Shown here one piece after another: positions 63,744 to 64,000 of a stretch of 64,000 nucleotides of DNA (within the stretch, counting starts at the first letter, position 1; each line of letters starts with the position of its first letter). The position numbers and the translations under genes were made by a program. Below the pieces are notes generated by a model that saw nothing but the letters and a program-made list of their open reading frames with translations, did not search any database and was not told where the DNA came from. The DNA lies in contig CP166615.1 in NCBI GenBank assembly GCA_041937175.2, forward strand, positions 896,001 through 960,000, written 5' to 3'. This stretch comes from Limnothrix sp. BL-A-16 (GTDB taxonomy: Bacteria > Cyanobacteriota > Cyanobacteriia > CACIAM-69d).

Positions 63744-64000
63744 ATGATGCGAATTTTGGTGGTGATTCCGCACTTCTTTCGCCCTGATGCTGATGGGAAA
63801 TATGGTTCCGCCAGGCGCGATCCCCGGCCGCGAATTGCTGCCCTCAGCCAGGCAATTCAGGCACTGCATAGCCTTTTCAATGCTCACCAGGTTGCCTTCC
63901 AAGATCAACCCCAACAGGGACTACAAATTCAGCGGGTTAACCAATGGACGAGTTGTGAACTGGATATTCTGCTTTGCACAACGGGCGATCGTCATCTGTT
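63744..64000 (+). CDS. Partial hypothetical protein (runs off right edge)
   Basis: Not in the ORF track. GAGAGGGA then ATG 63744; open frame MMRILVVIPHFFRPDADGKYGSARRDPRPRIAAL...LDILLCTTGDRHL. Confidence 0.7.
   Translation, partial: MMRILVVIPHFFRPDADGKYGSARRDPRPRIAALSQAIQALHSLFNAHQVAFQDQPQQGLQIQRVNQWTSCELDILLCTTGDRHL

Larger units (their letters stand above)
1..64000. repeat. HIP1 palindrome GCGATCGC dispersed through the window
   Basis: Very frequent GCGATCGC and CGATCG in coding and non-coding DNA; visibly sparse at about 25420-26600 and 45700-47000. Confidence 0.9.

Overview
Chromosomal segment of a GC-rich cyanobacterium. The HIP1 octamer GCGATCGC is very abundant and the genes are cyanobacterial types. 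From left to right: a partial winged-helix (probably TPR) gene with no NB-ARC domain; an ABC exporter; two tandem SLH/OprB porins; the nitrate assimilation operon nirA-nrtABCD-narB with NtcB and NtcA boxes; a DUF3181-like gene; argG; a ManS/ManR-like two-component pair; an unknown lipoprotein; a cbiG-cobJ fusion; and a 1.4-kb AT-rich spacer. Next is a phototaxis-type chemosensory cluster: a PatA regulator, a 1520-aa acidic CheW, a 4-GAF cyanobacteriochrome MCP and a frame-split CheA, with no CheY. Then come a beta-hydroxyacid dehydrogenase, a Rubisco activase-like gene and a small defence-like island (MNT/HEPN toxin-antitoxin, HTH-NACHT, PD-(D/E)XK nuclease). The right part holds rpmH-rnpA-PH-yidC-jag-yceD, a pilin-like gene, a response regulator, lipA, a GerMN-like lipoprotein, pyrB, holA, an orphan cheB and an unsplit, intein-free dnaE. 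A MITE/REP-like repeat family recurs in intergenic regions. I saw no tRNA, rRNA, CRISPR array or transposase. All product calls come from motifs recognised by eye; no database search was run.
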